From positions 291,844 to 355,843 of the forward strand of contig DDWV01000001.1 of assembly GCA_002347045.1 (NCBI GenBank): a stretch of DNA of 64,000 nt. The letters are read 5' to 3'. Made by a program: the position numbers and the translations under genes. Below the pieces are notes generated by a model, which searched no databases, was not told the origin of the DNA, and saw only the letters and a program-made list of their open reading frames with translations. Every line of letters begins with the position of its first letter. Positions within the stretch are counted from its first letter, which is position 1. The stretch comes from Candidatus Collierbacteria bacterium UBA2277. Lineage in GTDB: Bacteria > Patescibacteriota > Microgenomatia > UBA1400 > MFAQ01. Positions 1-8,434 of this stretch are shown piece after piece.

Positions 1-364
1 TACCAAACTCGGCAGAAGAGCCAATAATTAGTATTCTCGGACGATAGCCCTTTATTCTCCTTACAGCCTCCAAAAGATTAATTGTTCCGATAGCGTTTAC
101 TTCAAGAGTTTTTTGCGGATGATTAAAGGATGATCCTGGATTAGACCATGCAGCTAGATGAAAAATTGCTTCTGGTCGAAGCGCCTCAATTATCTTATTT
201 ATTTCTTCAGTGTTGGTAATGTCACAGACATGAATATTTTCTGCCTTTTCCTCTTCGGGCAGACTGAGTGAAGTCCCAAATACTTTGTAGCCATTTGACT
301 CCAACTCTTTCCAGAGATGTTGGCCAACAAATCCCTCACTGCCTGTAATAAGTACCTCTTTCAT
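1..364 (-). CDS. NAD-dependent sugar-nucleotide epimerase/reductase (extended SDR), N-terminal 121 aa only; the gene runs past the window start. Best guess GDP-4-dehydro-6-deoxy-D-mannose reductase (Rmd-like)
   Basis: I translated the minus strand from the ATG at 364-362: MKEVLITGSEGFVGQHLWKELESNGYKVFGT...IFHLAAWSNPGSSFNHPQKTLEVNAIGTINLLEAVRR...ILIIGSSAEFG. It has the Rossmann GxxGxxG motif and reads closer to the Rmd pattern than to Fcl. Its start overlaps the gmd stop (TAATG), and it lies directly downstream of gmd. Confidence 0.6.
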   Translation of the reverse strand, partial: MKEVLITGSEGFVGQHLWKELESNGYKVFGTSLSLPEEEKAENIHVCDITNTEEINKIIEALRPEAIFHLAAWSNPGSSFNHPQKTLEVNAIGTINLLEAVRRIKGYRPRILIIGSSAEFG

Positions 365-1386
365 TATTTTTCTTTTTTTAGAATGGCCATGTCGCTGTCC
401 ACCATGATTTCCATTAGCTCTTTCATGAAAGTACGTGGCTCCCAACCCAACTCTTTTTTGGCTAGCGAGTAATCCCCTTTCATGGCTGTGATTTCTGTAG
501 GTCTTAGAAGTTTTGAGTCGGAGACGACACAGTCTTCCCAATCAAGCCCAACGTGATCAAAAGCGGCCTTACAGGCGTCTTTGATGGAGTAACTAGTATC
601 AGTGCCTATTACGTAGTCTTTGGGGGTTTCTTGCTGAAGCATGAGCCACATGGCTTCGATGTATTCTTTAGCATATCCCCAGTCTCGAGTGGCAGAAAGG
701 TCTCCCAGGTGAAGCTTGCCCTTTGAGTCCACAAGAGGCTCACCGATTTCGTTTATTGGAGGAGTTTTTATCCCTAGTTTGATACAAGCGGCTCCCATAC
801 TAATCTTTCGAGTAACGAAATGGAGAGAACGTCGGGGAGACTCATGATTGAAAAGAATCCCTGCACATACAAACATCCCGTATGACTTGCGATAGCAGTC
901 AACCATCATATGAGCATAGGCTTTAGCTATTCCATAAGGATTGTTGGCAAAGATTGGGGTCTGCTCGTTGGCGTGATCGATTCCCTCGACTCCACCTAAG
1001 ATTTCTCGAGAAGTAGCTTGGTAGACGCGAGCTGTAGGGCAAAACCGTCTAACAGACTCAAAAACGCGAAGAGGCCCAATGCCTGTAACTTCAGCAGTAT
1101 AAAAGGGGTGTGTCCAGCTATCTGCTGGAACACTTTGAGCTGCGATATTGTAAACCTCGTCTGGCTGGTACTTGATCATCAGGTGATCAATTGAAGATTG
1201 ATCTACAAGGTCGGCTGCTTCTAGAGTTATTTTTCCTTTGAGGTGCTCTATGTTTGGCTGAACTGTAGATGTCGATCTACGTACCGTACCTACTACTTTG
1301 TAGCCTTTGTCTAAAAGAAAATCTGCTAGATATGATCCATCTTGTGAGGTGACGCCAACTATTAAAGCTGTTTTTGGTTTGCTCAT
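364..1386 (-). CDS. gmd: GDP-mannose 4,6-dehydratase
   Basis: 340 aa. N-terminus ALIVGVTSQDGSYLADFLLDKGYKV, then NHESPRR, RDWGYAKEY and LGWEP motifs. Colinear with E. coli Gmd along the whole length. Confidence 0.9.
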   Translation of the reverse strand: MSKPKTALIVGVTSQDGSYLADFLLDKGYKVVGTVRRSTSTVQPNIEHLKGKITLEAADLVDQSSIDHLMIKYQPDEVYNIAAQSVPADSWTHPFYTAEVTGIGPLRVFESVRRFCPTARVYQATSREILGGVEGIDHANEQTPIFANNPYGIAKAYAHMMVDCYRKSYGMFVCAGILFNHESPRRSLHFVTRKISMGAACIKLGIKTPPINEIGEPLVDSKGKLHLGDLSATRDWGYAKEYIEAMWLMLQQETPKDYVIGTDTSYSIKDACKAAFDHVGLDWEDCVVSDSKLLRPTEITAMKGDYSLAKKELGWEPRTFMKELMEIMVDSDMAILKKEK

Positions 1387-1402
1387 AGGTTATTTTACTA
1401 TA

Positions 1403-2152
1403 CTAATTTTCTTTTTCTAATAATGTGAATATGGAAATTCCAAATGGATAGTTAATGTATTTTATAAGCTTAACCTCAAAAACAAAAATTGATTTTAGTA
1501 ATTCGTTTAAAAATGGTTTTTTGGCTACAGAAAAATTTAATTTTGAATTATATTCACCGTATTTTTTAAAAGGCTTCAACTTACTTAACAATCTAACGCC
1601 AATAATGGCGGGAGAAAGGAAAAAATTAAAATAGCTAATTTCTTTGACAGATAATTTTGAGTTACTTGTAATTTTCCTAATACGTCTGCGGACATAGCGA
1701 CGAAAGTGTCCCTGGGCCGTATCGTGTTCTGACCATATGAACTGAAGGGCTGGAGTGGTGATAATAATCTTTCCGTTCTTTTTTAAAACCCTTCTCGCTT
1801 CAATCAATATTGAGGTGTCATCTTTGATATGTTCTAAAACATCAAGAAGTAATATGTAATCAAATTTATTGTTTTCAAATGGAAGTTTTTTTGCATCTAC
1901 ACTAATAATGTTTTTATGACCTCGTTTCATTGCGTATTTAATTGCTGTTGGTGAACTGTCAATGCCATACAGACTAGGTTTTGGTAAGTATGTCTTTAAA
2001 AACGAAAGTGTTTCTCCTGTTCCACAACCAATATCTAAAATTTTGAGATTCTTTTCTTTTTTAATTGTTTGACGAAGAATTTGTCGTCTCCCCTCCCACC
2101 ACCAATGATTCATTTCAATCTCATTAAAATATTCAAGAAGTTTTTCATTCAT
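1403..2152 (-). CDS. class I SAM-dependent methyltransferase
   Basis: 249 aa. SAM-binding motif ILDIGCGTGE, then acidic-loop LLLDVLEHI. Methyltransf_11/23-like architecture. Confidence 0.75.
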   Translation of the reverse strand: MNEKLLEYFNEIEMNHWWWEGRRQILRQTIKKEKNLKILDIGCGTGETLSFLKTYLPKPSLYGIDSSPTAIKYAMKRGHKNIISVDAKKLPFENNKFDYILLLDVLEHIKDDTSILIEARRVLKKNGKIIITTPALQFIWSEHDTAQGHFRRYVRRRIRKITSNSKLSVKEISYFNFFLSPAIIGVRLLSKLKPFKKYGEYNSKLNFSVAKKPFLNELLKSIFVFEVKLIKYINYPFGISIFTLLEKEN

Positions 2153-2345
2153 GCTTAATCGATTTTAAACTGTGTATATTGGTTTATGTGTATCAATTGT
2201 TTAAAAACACACTCAAGTCTACATATATAGGGATTCCAGATGGAGTAGCTTTAAGGCCTAAATCTTCGTAATAAACAATATGTTTTTATCATTATATAAA
2301 ACTTTAAAAAAATTGGACCATATGAATTATTCTGTTATAGGAATA

Positions 2346-4034
2346 CTAATTGTTAACTTTGTATATTGAAAAAGCGATATCCCTGTTTGGATACTCAATT
2401 TCTTTGATAAGTTTGTTATCTTTGATAATCTGAGGAAATTTTTCTGCGTACCTATGGAAAAGCACAATGTACATCGGTTTATATTTTTTTACTATTTGGC
2501 TTAGATCTGTTTCGTTTTTGGGCATTGAGAAAAGTAAATTTGGGAAAGGCAGATCCACTCTGGTGTCATTGACCATCTCAACCATGTTTACAATCTTTTG
2601 CGGGTTACACAACTCTGGCGAAAGCTGTTGCCAGAAACAAAAATACAAATAAGGATAGCGATCGTCCCAGATGATAAGCATTTTTTCGGGGTTTACTGCA
2701 CTAAACTCGGTAATTTCTTTGAAGCCATATTCCCAGCTTTCGGCTGAGGATGTTGGGAATACGTGGAAGTATCCGTAGTAAAAATAGAAAGCAGAGAAAA
2801 TCAGAGTCATCGCAGTTACACTTGCAAAAACGATCCTCAACCATTTGTTTTTAAATAGTTTGGTAAATGAAACTATCCCCAGAGCGCAGAAATAAGTCAG
2901 AAAGGGCATAAGGGTGATTACCCGAAGAAGGTAGGTGGCTCCGTCCTTGGTGATGGCCGCAGGAAGTGGTGAGACCAAGATCCATACTAAAAATAATGAT
3001 TTTAGCTTGGTGTTTGAAGTCTTGAAAAACCTAAAAGCCCCATAAAGCATAAACGGCAGAAGTGCTGGCCAAAACTGGCCGACCATGCCGGTTGAGTGCC
3101 TCATTACGTTGTCCCCTTTTAGAAAAAGAAAGTCCGGGGTGAAAAAGGAGAGATAATTTTTTGTAAAAACGTTTACTACAGAAATTGGAAAATTGAAAAC
3201 TAGCTTGTTTCCGATTGTTTCCGTGTCTTTTCCAAATGAAAAAATAGTTGGCTCTGAGTTTCTGGCTATTCCCCTATTGAAGTTTGAGTCGGCTGTGACA
3301 TTGACATCGTTCCAAATGGCAAGATCAAGCCCTCTGCCTTTTGGATCCAAGATACCAAATTTGGCAATGAAGATGTAAGCAAAGGCAAGAAGGACGACAG
3401 ATGATATGCCGAAAAGATATTTTTTTTGCACGGCAGAGGACTTTTGGAATATGGAGATAAAAACAAGAAGAATGGCAAATGGCGCTATGGCCGCCATGGA
3501 CATATAGTAGTAAGTGCCGATAAAAAGAGGGATAAGACTGACCAGATCTGACCTAATTGATTTTGATTTGATAAATAGATATAGATGGAGAGTGATGAAA
3601 AACAACATCAAAGGAATATGGGAAAAGATTCGACTCACCATGAAACTCCAAGGTAGGAGTGTGGCCAGGGCACAAGAAATCAACGAAATGCTGATCGCTT
3701 TCTTTTCCTTTGAAACCTTACCAACGGAAAGGGCAAAGAAAAAGACTCCAATGCATATAAGCGAGCCGTTGATGGCTGACGCTAGCCTAGCACCAAGCGG
3801 GGTGAGTCCTGCAATCCAGGTGTACGAAAGTGGTGCAAATTTTACGAAGTTTAGAACTCTCTGATGTAGAGGTTGAGACTGGTCTAGAATTATCTGTCTA
3901 TAAATGTAGTGACCTCCCGCTTCGTCTGCATACAAAGTGGGGATGTTTTTATCTAGTCTGTAAAGCCTTATGGCCAGGCCGATTACAAAAATTACGAATA
4001 CACTGATGGCGAGAAGTATTTTTTTATTTTTCAT
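2346..4034 (-). CDS. GT-C fold membrane glycosyltransferase, ArnT/PMT_2-like (GT39/83 family)
   Basis: 562 aa, polytopic. First extracytoplasmic loop carries the DE motif (LYADEAGGHY). Paralogous to the other GT-C genes in the window. TAATG overlap with the upstream gene. Confidence 0.65.
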   Translation of the reverse strand: MKNKKILLAISVFVIFVIGLAIRLYRLDKNIPTLYADEAGGHYIYRQIILDQSQPLHQRVLNFVKFAPLSYTWIAGLTPLGARLASAINGSLICIGVFFFALSVGKVSKEKKAISISLISCALATLLPWSFMVSRIFSHIPLMLFFITLHLYLFIKSKSIRSDLVSLIPLFIGTYYYMSMAAIAPFAILLVFISIFQKSSAVQKKYLFGISSVVLLAFAYIFIAKFGILDPKGRGLDLAIWNDVNVTADSNFNRGIARNSEPTIFSFGKDTETIGNKLVFNFPISVVNVFTKNYLSFFTPDFLFLKGDNVMRHSTGMVGQFWPALLPFMLYGAFRFFKTSNTKLKSLFLVWILVSPLPAAITKDGATYLLRVITLMPFLTYFCALGIVSFTKLFKNKWLRIVFASVTAMTLIFSAFYFYYGYFHVFPTSSAESWEYGFKEITEFSAVNPEKMLIIWDDRYPYLYFCFWQQLSPELCNPQKIVNMVEMVNDTRVDLPFPNLLFSMPKNETDLSQIVKKYKPMYIVLFHRYAEKFPQIIKDNKLIKEIEYPNRDIAFSIYKVNN

Positions 4035-5422
4035 TAGTGTATAAACTGTTTTGAACTTAAGTTGATTGGTTTTTGATTGTCTGGTCTGTCTTCTTCATTG
4101 TCTTCATAATACACTTTAAGGCTGGGATCTTTGTAGTAAACCTTGAAGAAGTCTGAGTTTGATAGGGTTTGAGCAATTTGTTTTGACTGCCCCCATTCCT
4201 CACCATAATCTCCTGAATCATTGATAAATTCAAAATAAGATTCAGTTGGATATTGATGATAATTTTCGTTAAGAAAATTTACAACTGATTTTGAAATTTT
4301 ACTTCGATTCACCGAGTAGTGTCTGGTAAAGGTTAGATAGTTCATGGAGATGTTAAGAATAACAAAAAAGGAAATAAATATTGTCTTGAGCACCGATCCT
4401 TTTTGAGGCAATAGCCAAGCAATGGCGAGAGAAAATCCCACAAGAGGAAGTCCTAGCTCAAGTGTAAATTTATGGTGAGGAAGAAATAATACTGGTGAAA
4501 GAGTAATTAGAAATATGGAAATTGATTTCAGTAGTGTTTTATCTATCTTTCTAATCTTGTTTGTTGCAAGCAAAGCAAAAGAAATTAATGTGCCAAAAAG
4601 TAAGGTGAAAATTGCCTGCCACCAGTATGGATAGTCTGAGAATAATCTGGGGATAGGCTTGAAACCGTTGCCAATATAATCTACCAACAGCTCTGGAGCG
4701 CCAAAACTCCAGAGAGTGTACCAAAGTAAGGTGTTTGTTGCTTTGACGGGAGAAAAGTTCCAGAGATAGCTATCCCCTTCTACAACACCAAATATGAAAA
4801 ATCTTAAATATAGATAAATGAGAGAGGTGAATACAAATGGTAAAAAGACCTTGACACTTTTCAAAATTGTCTTGAAGTTTAGAAGTAAGATGATGGCTGG
4901 AATAACAATGGCAGTTTCCTTAGACATTAAAGCAAGTATAAAAAGGATAAGAGATTTAAACTTAGACTTTTTGTAGCTAAGTAAACACAAAATAGAAAAG
5001 ATGACTAAAGAGACTTCTTGGAAGGCGGAGAGGAAGTAAACTCTGGTGAAGTTTGAGACTGAAATACCGTAGATTATCGCCGCAAGAATTGACTTTTCTT
5101 CACTTTTAAAAAAAGTCAAGGCAAATTTATAAACTAGGTAAAGTGAAAAACCAAAACAAAACAAAACAAAAAGATAGTATGGCCAAACGATTAAACCGAA
5201 GGTGTTTTGGAAAATGAAAAAAAATACTTGAGTTGGAAGAGGACGATAAAAAGCGGCAGACTGAGATGTGTGATGAAAAGAGAAGAAGTTTAGAAACTCG
5301 GAAAAAGTGCTGATTTGAGAAATGCGCAGGTGAAACCAGTCGTCACTTGAGAAATAGTTAAACATGGCAGGAAGGTATAGAAATACCGGGAGGAAGTAGA
5401 GATGTTTTTTAATCCAGGTCAC
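4034..5422 (-). CDS. polytopic membrane protein, putative GT-C glycosyltransferase
   Basis: 462 aa, more than 10 predicted TM segments, SSDDWFHL loop motif. Start codon is GTG at 5422. The first codons GTG ACC TGG ATT AAA AAA lie inside the 62-bp repeat copy A. Confidence 0.5.
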   Translation of the reverse strand: MTWIKKHLYFLPVFLYLPAMFNYFSSDDWFHLRISQISTFSEFLNFFSFHHTSQSAAFYRPLPTQVFFFIFQNTFGLIVWPYYLFVLFCFGFSLYLVYKFALTFFKSEEKSILAAIIYGISVSNFTRVYFLSAFQEVSLVIFSILCLLSYKKSKFKSLILFILALMSKETAIVIPAIILLLNFKTILKSVKVFLPFVFTSLIYLYLRFFIFGVVEGDSYLWNFSPVKATNTLLWYTLWSFGAPELLVDYIGNGFKPIPRLFSDYPYWWQAIFTLLFGTLISFALLATNKIRKIDKTLLKSISIFLITLSPVLFLPHHKFTLELGLPLVGFSLAIAWLLPQKGSVLKTIFISFFVILNISMNYLTFTRHYSVNRSKISKSVVNFLNENYHQYPTESYFEFINDSGDYGEEWGQSKQIAQTLSNSDFFKVYYKDPSLKVYYEDNEEDRPDNQKPINLSSKQFIH

Positions 5423-5460
5423 AGTTTATTCTATCTTAATCTCGAGAGAGAAATTTTTCC
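5399..5460. repeat. 62-bp direct repeat, copy A
   Basis: gagatgttttttaatccaggtcacagtttattctatcttaatctcgagagagaaatttttcc. Identical to copy B at 6557-6616 except for two single-base differences in T homopolymers. Confidence 0.85.
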
Positions 5461-5817
5461 GTGCTGGTTCTTTGCCAACAAATAATGGTACATGCAAAAA
5501 CTTCCAAATACAGAAAGTGAAATGATAAACAGATACGTTCGAATTAACTGTGACATTCCAATCTTTGACAATATTAGTTCATAAAAAAGATAGGGTGAGT
5601 TGTGACTGATCATGTTTGCAGTATTATCTGCATAACCATTATTTAGGTTTGACCTAAAGGCGCTGGAGTTACTTATCAGAGATTTTGTCGGGTTTATTAC
5701 AGAAAAATAATCTCCAGCTACACCTCCGTATTGGTAGTTAGAAAATGGCAAAATTTTAATTATTATAATTATCGGAATGATAATTATCGGTAACCATTTG
5801 AAGCTTTTTATATTCAC
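5431..5817 (-). pseudogene. truncated N-terminal fragment (128 aa) of a paralog of the 717-aa membrane protein at 8435-10588
   Basis: Residues 1-110 align at about 50% identity with the N-terminus of 8435-10588 (KILPxxxYxYxxxxGDxxxVxNPxxSxxSNSxxFRSNxxNGYADNxAN...GxSQLxRT). The final 9 aa (GKISLSRLR) are encoded by repeat copy A. Confidence 0.45.
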
Positions 5818-6533
5818 CCTTTCAATTTAGGTTTCCTAAGCTTGATAACAATCCAGTGACCGTGAAGCGGGTCTATCTTGGAAACAAAACCTGGTAGCGG
5901 ATAATAACCTGATGTTTGAATATTTTCCACCTTAAATCCGTGTTTATTAAAGATATCAGCGAGTCCATAAAAGGAAAATAAACGCTGATGCTGCCAGGAT
6001 TTTATTGACGAGTTTTTGGTTACCTTACCATTCCAGAGTGCAAAGGGGTTTCCAATATTTCCCAAGCTACTGAAATTGGTCATACTAAACGGCTGGAAAC
6101 CTAAACATAGTGCAAAGATATTGTGCCAACTACTTAAATTTTCAGTACTTATTACTGCGTAGCCACCTGGTTTTAGGATGCGAAAGATTTCTTTTATAAA
6201 AGTATCGGTATCGTTCAAGTGTTCAATAACTTGATTTGAATGTACAAATCCGAAAGAATTACTTGGAAATACTAGCTTTGCATTGAGGTCGCAGTTTGAT
6301 ACTTCAACCTTTCTTTTTTTTGCCAGAGAGATTCTCTCTTTTACAACTTCAACACCATAGACCTTTTTTGTTTTAATTTTTTTGGCAAGTTTCATGGTCC
6401 ACCTTCCATCATCACAACCAAGATCGACCATGGTGGCGGTACTGTCTACTTCCAAAAGTGAAAGAATATTTTTATTGTTTTCTTGATAGCTATTAACAAT
6501 TAAGGATAGAAGATATTTTTTTATGGGGTTCAT
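5814..6533 (-). CDS. class I SAM-dependent methyltransferase
   Basis: 239 aa. MVDLGCDDGRWT SAM motif, then ILKPGGYAVIST. Methyltransf_11-like. Confidence 0.75.
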   Translation of the reverse strand: MNPIKKYLLSLIVNSYQENNKNILSLLEVDSTATMVDLGCDDGRWTMKLAKKIKTKKVYGVEVVKERISLAKKRKVEVSNCDLNAKLVFPSNSFGFVHSNQVIEHLNDTDTFIKEIFRILKPGGYAVISTENLSSWHNIFALCLGFQPFSMTNFSSLGNIGNPFALWNGKVTKNSSIKSWQHQRLFSFYGLADIFNKHGFKVENIQTSGYYPLPGFVSKIDPLHGHWIVIKLRKPKLKG

Positions 6534-6556
6534 GTTATTCGTCGTAGCTATGAAAG

Positions 6557-6616
6557 GAGATGTTTTTAATCCAGGTCACAGTTTATTCTATCTTAATCTC
6601 GAGAGAGAAATTTTCC
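6557..6616. repeat. 62-bp direct repeat, copy B
   Basis: Same sequence as 5399-5460, with T5 instead of T6 and T4 instead of T5. The truncated start VTWIKNISFHSYDE-stop shows the copy of the GT-C 5-prime end here is frameshifted. Confidence 0.85.
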
Positions 6617-7552
6617 CAGCGTTGTTGTTGGTAAGTAACCAAAGTACTTCTCTCTAGTTAGTTGAATTGCAGTAATCCACATAAACACATAGCACCATAT
6701 TGCAAAGATGTTCGCCTGGTAATCAAGATTGACAAAAAGGAAAATTAAGGCAAGTAATAGATATATCGACGAGAAAAATAGGCTAATTCTAGACTCATAA
6801 TTGTTTTTGTTTGAAAACAATGCAAACATAAAAAGCACGATTACAACGCTGTTGTTATCAACACCTGATGGGTTAATTGCACTGCTAAGCGTAACCAGTG
6901 TTATTGCAGTGAGATACAGTATCGGCTTAACAATCGAGGTGAAATAGAGTAACACATAAAACATCAATGGTGAAAAGGCGAAAAGAAAAATCGGGAGATA
7001 ATGTAATAAGTTACTCGCTTTATGAACAATATAATAAAATAGAATTCTATAGTCTGAGATTAGCTCTGCCTTTGTAAAAATCCCCTTCGCTGTAAAAATT
7101 GGATTGCCTGAGTCGACAGATATACCCTTATTGTTAACACCTAAAAGTGATTCGATTTCAAAATAGTATGTTTTGTCTTTCGAGTCTTTAATTACTGGAA
7201 ATCCAAATGGGAATAGCTTGTGAGGCAAGAATTGATCTGTTTTATACTCAGCTTGAAAATACCAATCTTGACTCTTTTCTTCTTTTATTCTAAACAAAAC
7301 AATATCTTCACTATCGTGATTATTGTTATTAAACCTCACCGCAAGCTGACCTAGATTTGGATATTTTGAGTAAAACCCTCCCTTGACAATATCTCCTTTA
7401 ATTAGTTCTCCATTTCTTGCATTCGAGATCTGATTACTTTTTCCAAAAACTTCAAGACTAAGCAATCGGTGATCTATCTCTTGAAATTTTTGCATCATGA
7501 CAATTGAACCGTAGATAAAAATTATAAATGCAAAAAATATCTTTTTAGTCAT
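6593..7552 (-). CDS. hypothetical membrane protein (N-terminal signal anchor, exported domain, C-terminal TM bundle)
   Basis: 319 aa. No motif I recognise. The last 13 codons lie within repeat copy B. Confidence 0.45.
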   Translation of the reverse strand: MTKKIFFAFIIFIYGSIVMMQKFQEIDHRLLSLEVFGKSNQISNARNGELIKGDIVKGGFYSKYPNLGQLAVRFNNNNHDSEDIVLFRIKEEKSQDWYFQAEYKTDQFLPHKLFPFGFPVIKDSKDKTYYFEIESLLGVNNKGISVDSGNPIFTAKGIFTKAELISDYRILFYYIVHKASNLLHYLPIFLFAFSPLMFYVLLYFTSIVKPILYLTAITLVTLSSAINPSGVDNNSVVIVLFMFALFSNKNNYESRISLFFSSIYLLLALIFLFVNLDYQANIFAIWCYVFMWITAIQLTREKYFGYLPTTTLGKFLSRD

Positions 7553-8402
7553 TTATTTTTGGGAAGTTACTATATGAGTACCAACGGTTGTATGGAGTCA
7601 ATTTCTGAGTTGGAAGTATGTAATTTTTTTTCAATATTGATTCGAATGAAGAGTCTAAAAAATCTTCTATCAAAAAAACTGTTTTTGATCCGTGTTTTTT
7701 TAAAAAGTTTGAAAGACCTTTTAGCGCTAAACCTTCGTTTCTTTCAATGTCCATTTTTATGTATATATGGTCATATTGGGCTGCGTTTTTTAATAAAATA
7801 TCATCGAGTTTTATAGTTTTTACATTGATTTTTCGATGAGTTTGATTATTTGCCAAATCTTTGATTGTCGATGATCCCGGTAAGTCCATATTCGCCTCCA
7901 GTACAACTTTCATGTTTGATCTATCTGAAACAGCGTTAGGATATATCTTTACCCTCTTTTCAATCTTATTTTCCTTTAAATTTATTTTTAACAACTTTCT
8001 AGAATCTGGGTTTGGTTCAATTGCAATCGAGTCTACATGCCTAGTGTTATTTGCAACCGTTATACAGTAAGTACCTAGATCTGCTCCAACATCAACAAAC
8101 AGTGTTTTTTTGTTATCATGCTTTTTTATTTGCACCAAGAGATCATTGATGTCCTCAGACTCGTATGATGGTAAACAACATATAATATCTAGACATCCTT
8201 TTCTAATATTGAAAGTTCCGCATGTAGTCACAATCTTTTGTATTGAAAAGTTTTTCATTGGGTATACTTCTCTGCCAAATACCGCATTGATCGTATATTT
8301 TATTGAACACAGATATGATTCTAGTTTTGGAGATTTTATTCTAAAAGGATCTACAATAAGCCTTTCCGCCAACTTTTGTAAGTAATATTTTTTGTATTGC
8401 AT
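7545..8402 (-). CDS. FkbM-family methyltransferase
   Basis: 285 aa. FVDVGADLGTY motif, typical of the FkbM family of SAM methyltransferases, which often O-methylate sugars. Confidence 0.7.
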   Translation of the reverse strand: MQYKKYYLQKLAERLIVDPFRIKSPKLESYLCSIKYTINAVFGREVYPMKNFSIQKIVTTCGTFNIRKGCLDIICCLPSYESEDINDLLVQIKKHDNKKTLFVDVGADLGTYCITVANNTRHVDSIAIEPNPDSRKLLKINLKENKIEKRVKIYPNAVSDRSNMKVVLEANMDLPGSSTIKDLANNQTHRKINVKTIKLDDILLKNAAQYDHIYIKMDIERNEGLALKGLSNFLKKHGSKTVFLIEDFLDSSFESILKKNYILPTQKLTPYNRWYSYSNFPKIND

Positions 8403-8434
8403 CTTTAATCAAACATTAGTAATTTCCATTGATT

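Noticed and set aside
3514-3864. Plus-strand ORFs of 60-214 aa lying inside minus-strand genes. Examples: 3514-3864, 7559-8385, 13006-13596, 14955-15311, 43068-43502, 51056-51418, 62317-62961.
   Set aside because: Each is fully antisense to a long, motif-supported CDS and has no motifs of its own. Their composition mirrors the opposite strand, so I treat them as shadow ORFs.
5515-5540. tRNA T-arm-like string (cgttcgaatt)
   Set aside because: It lies inside the coding fragment, with no acceptor stem, D-arm or anticodon arm around it. I found no tRNA-like structure anywhere in the window.
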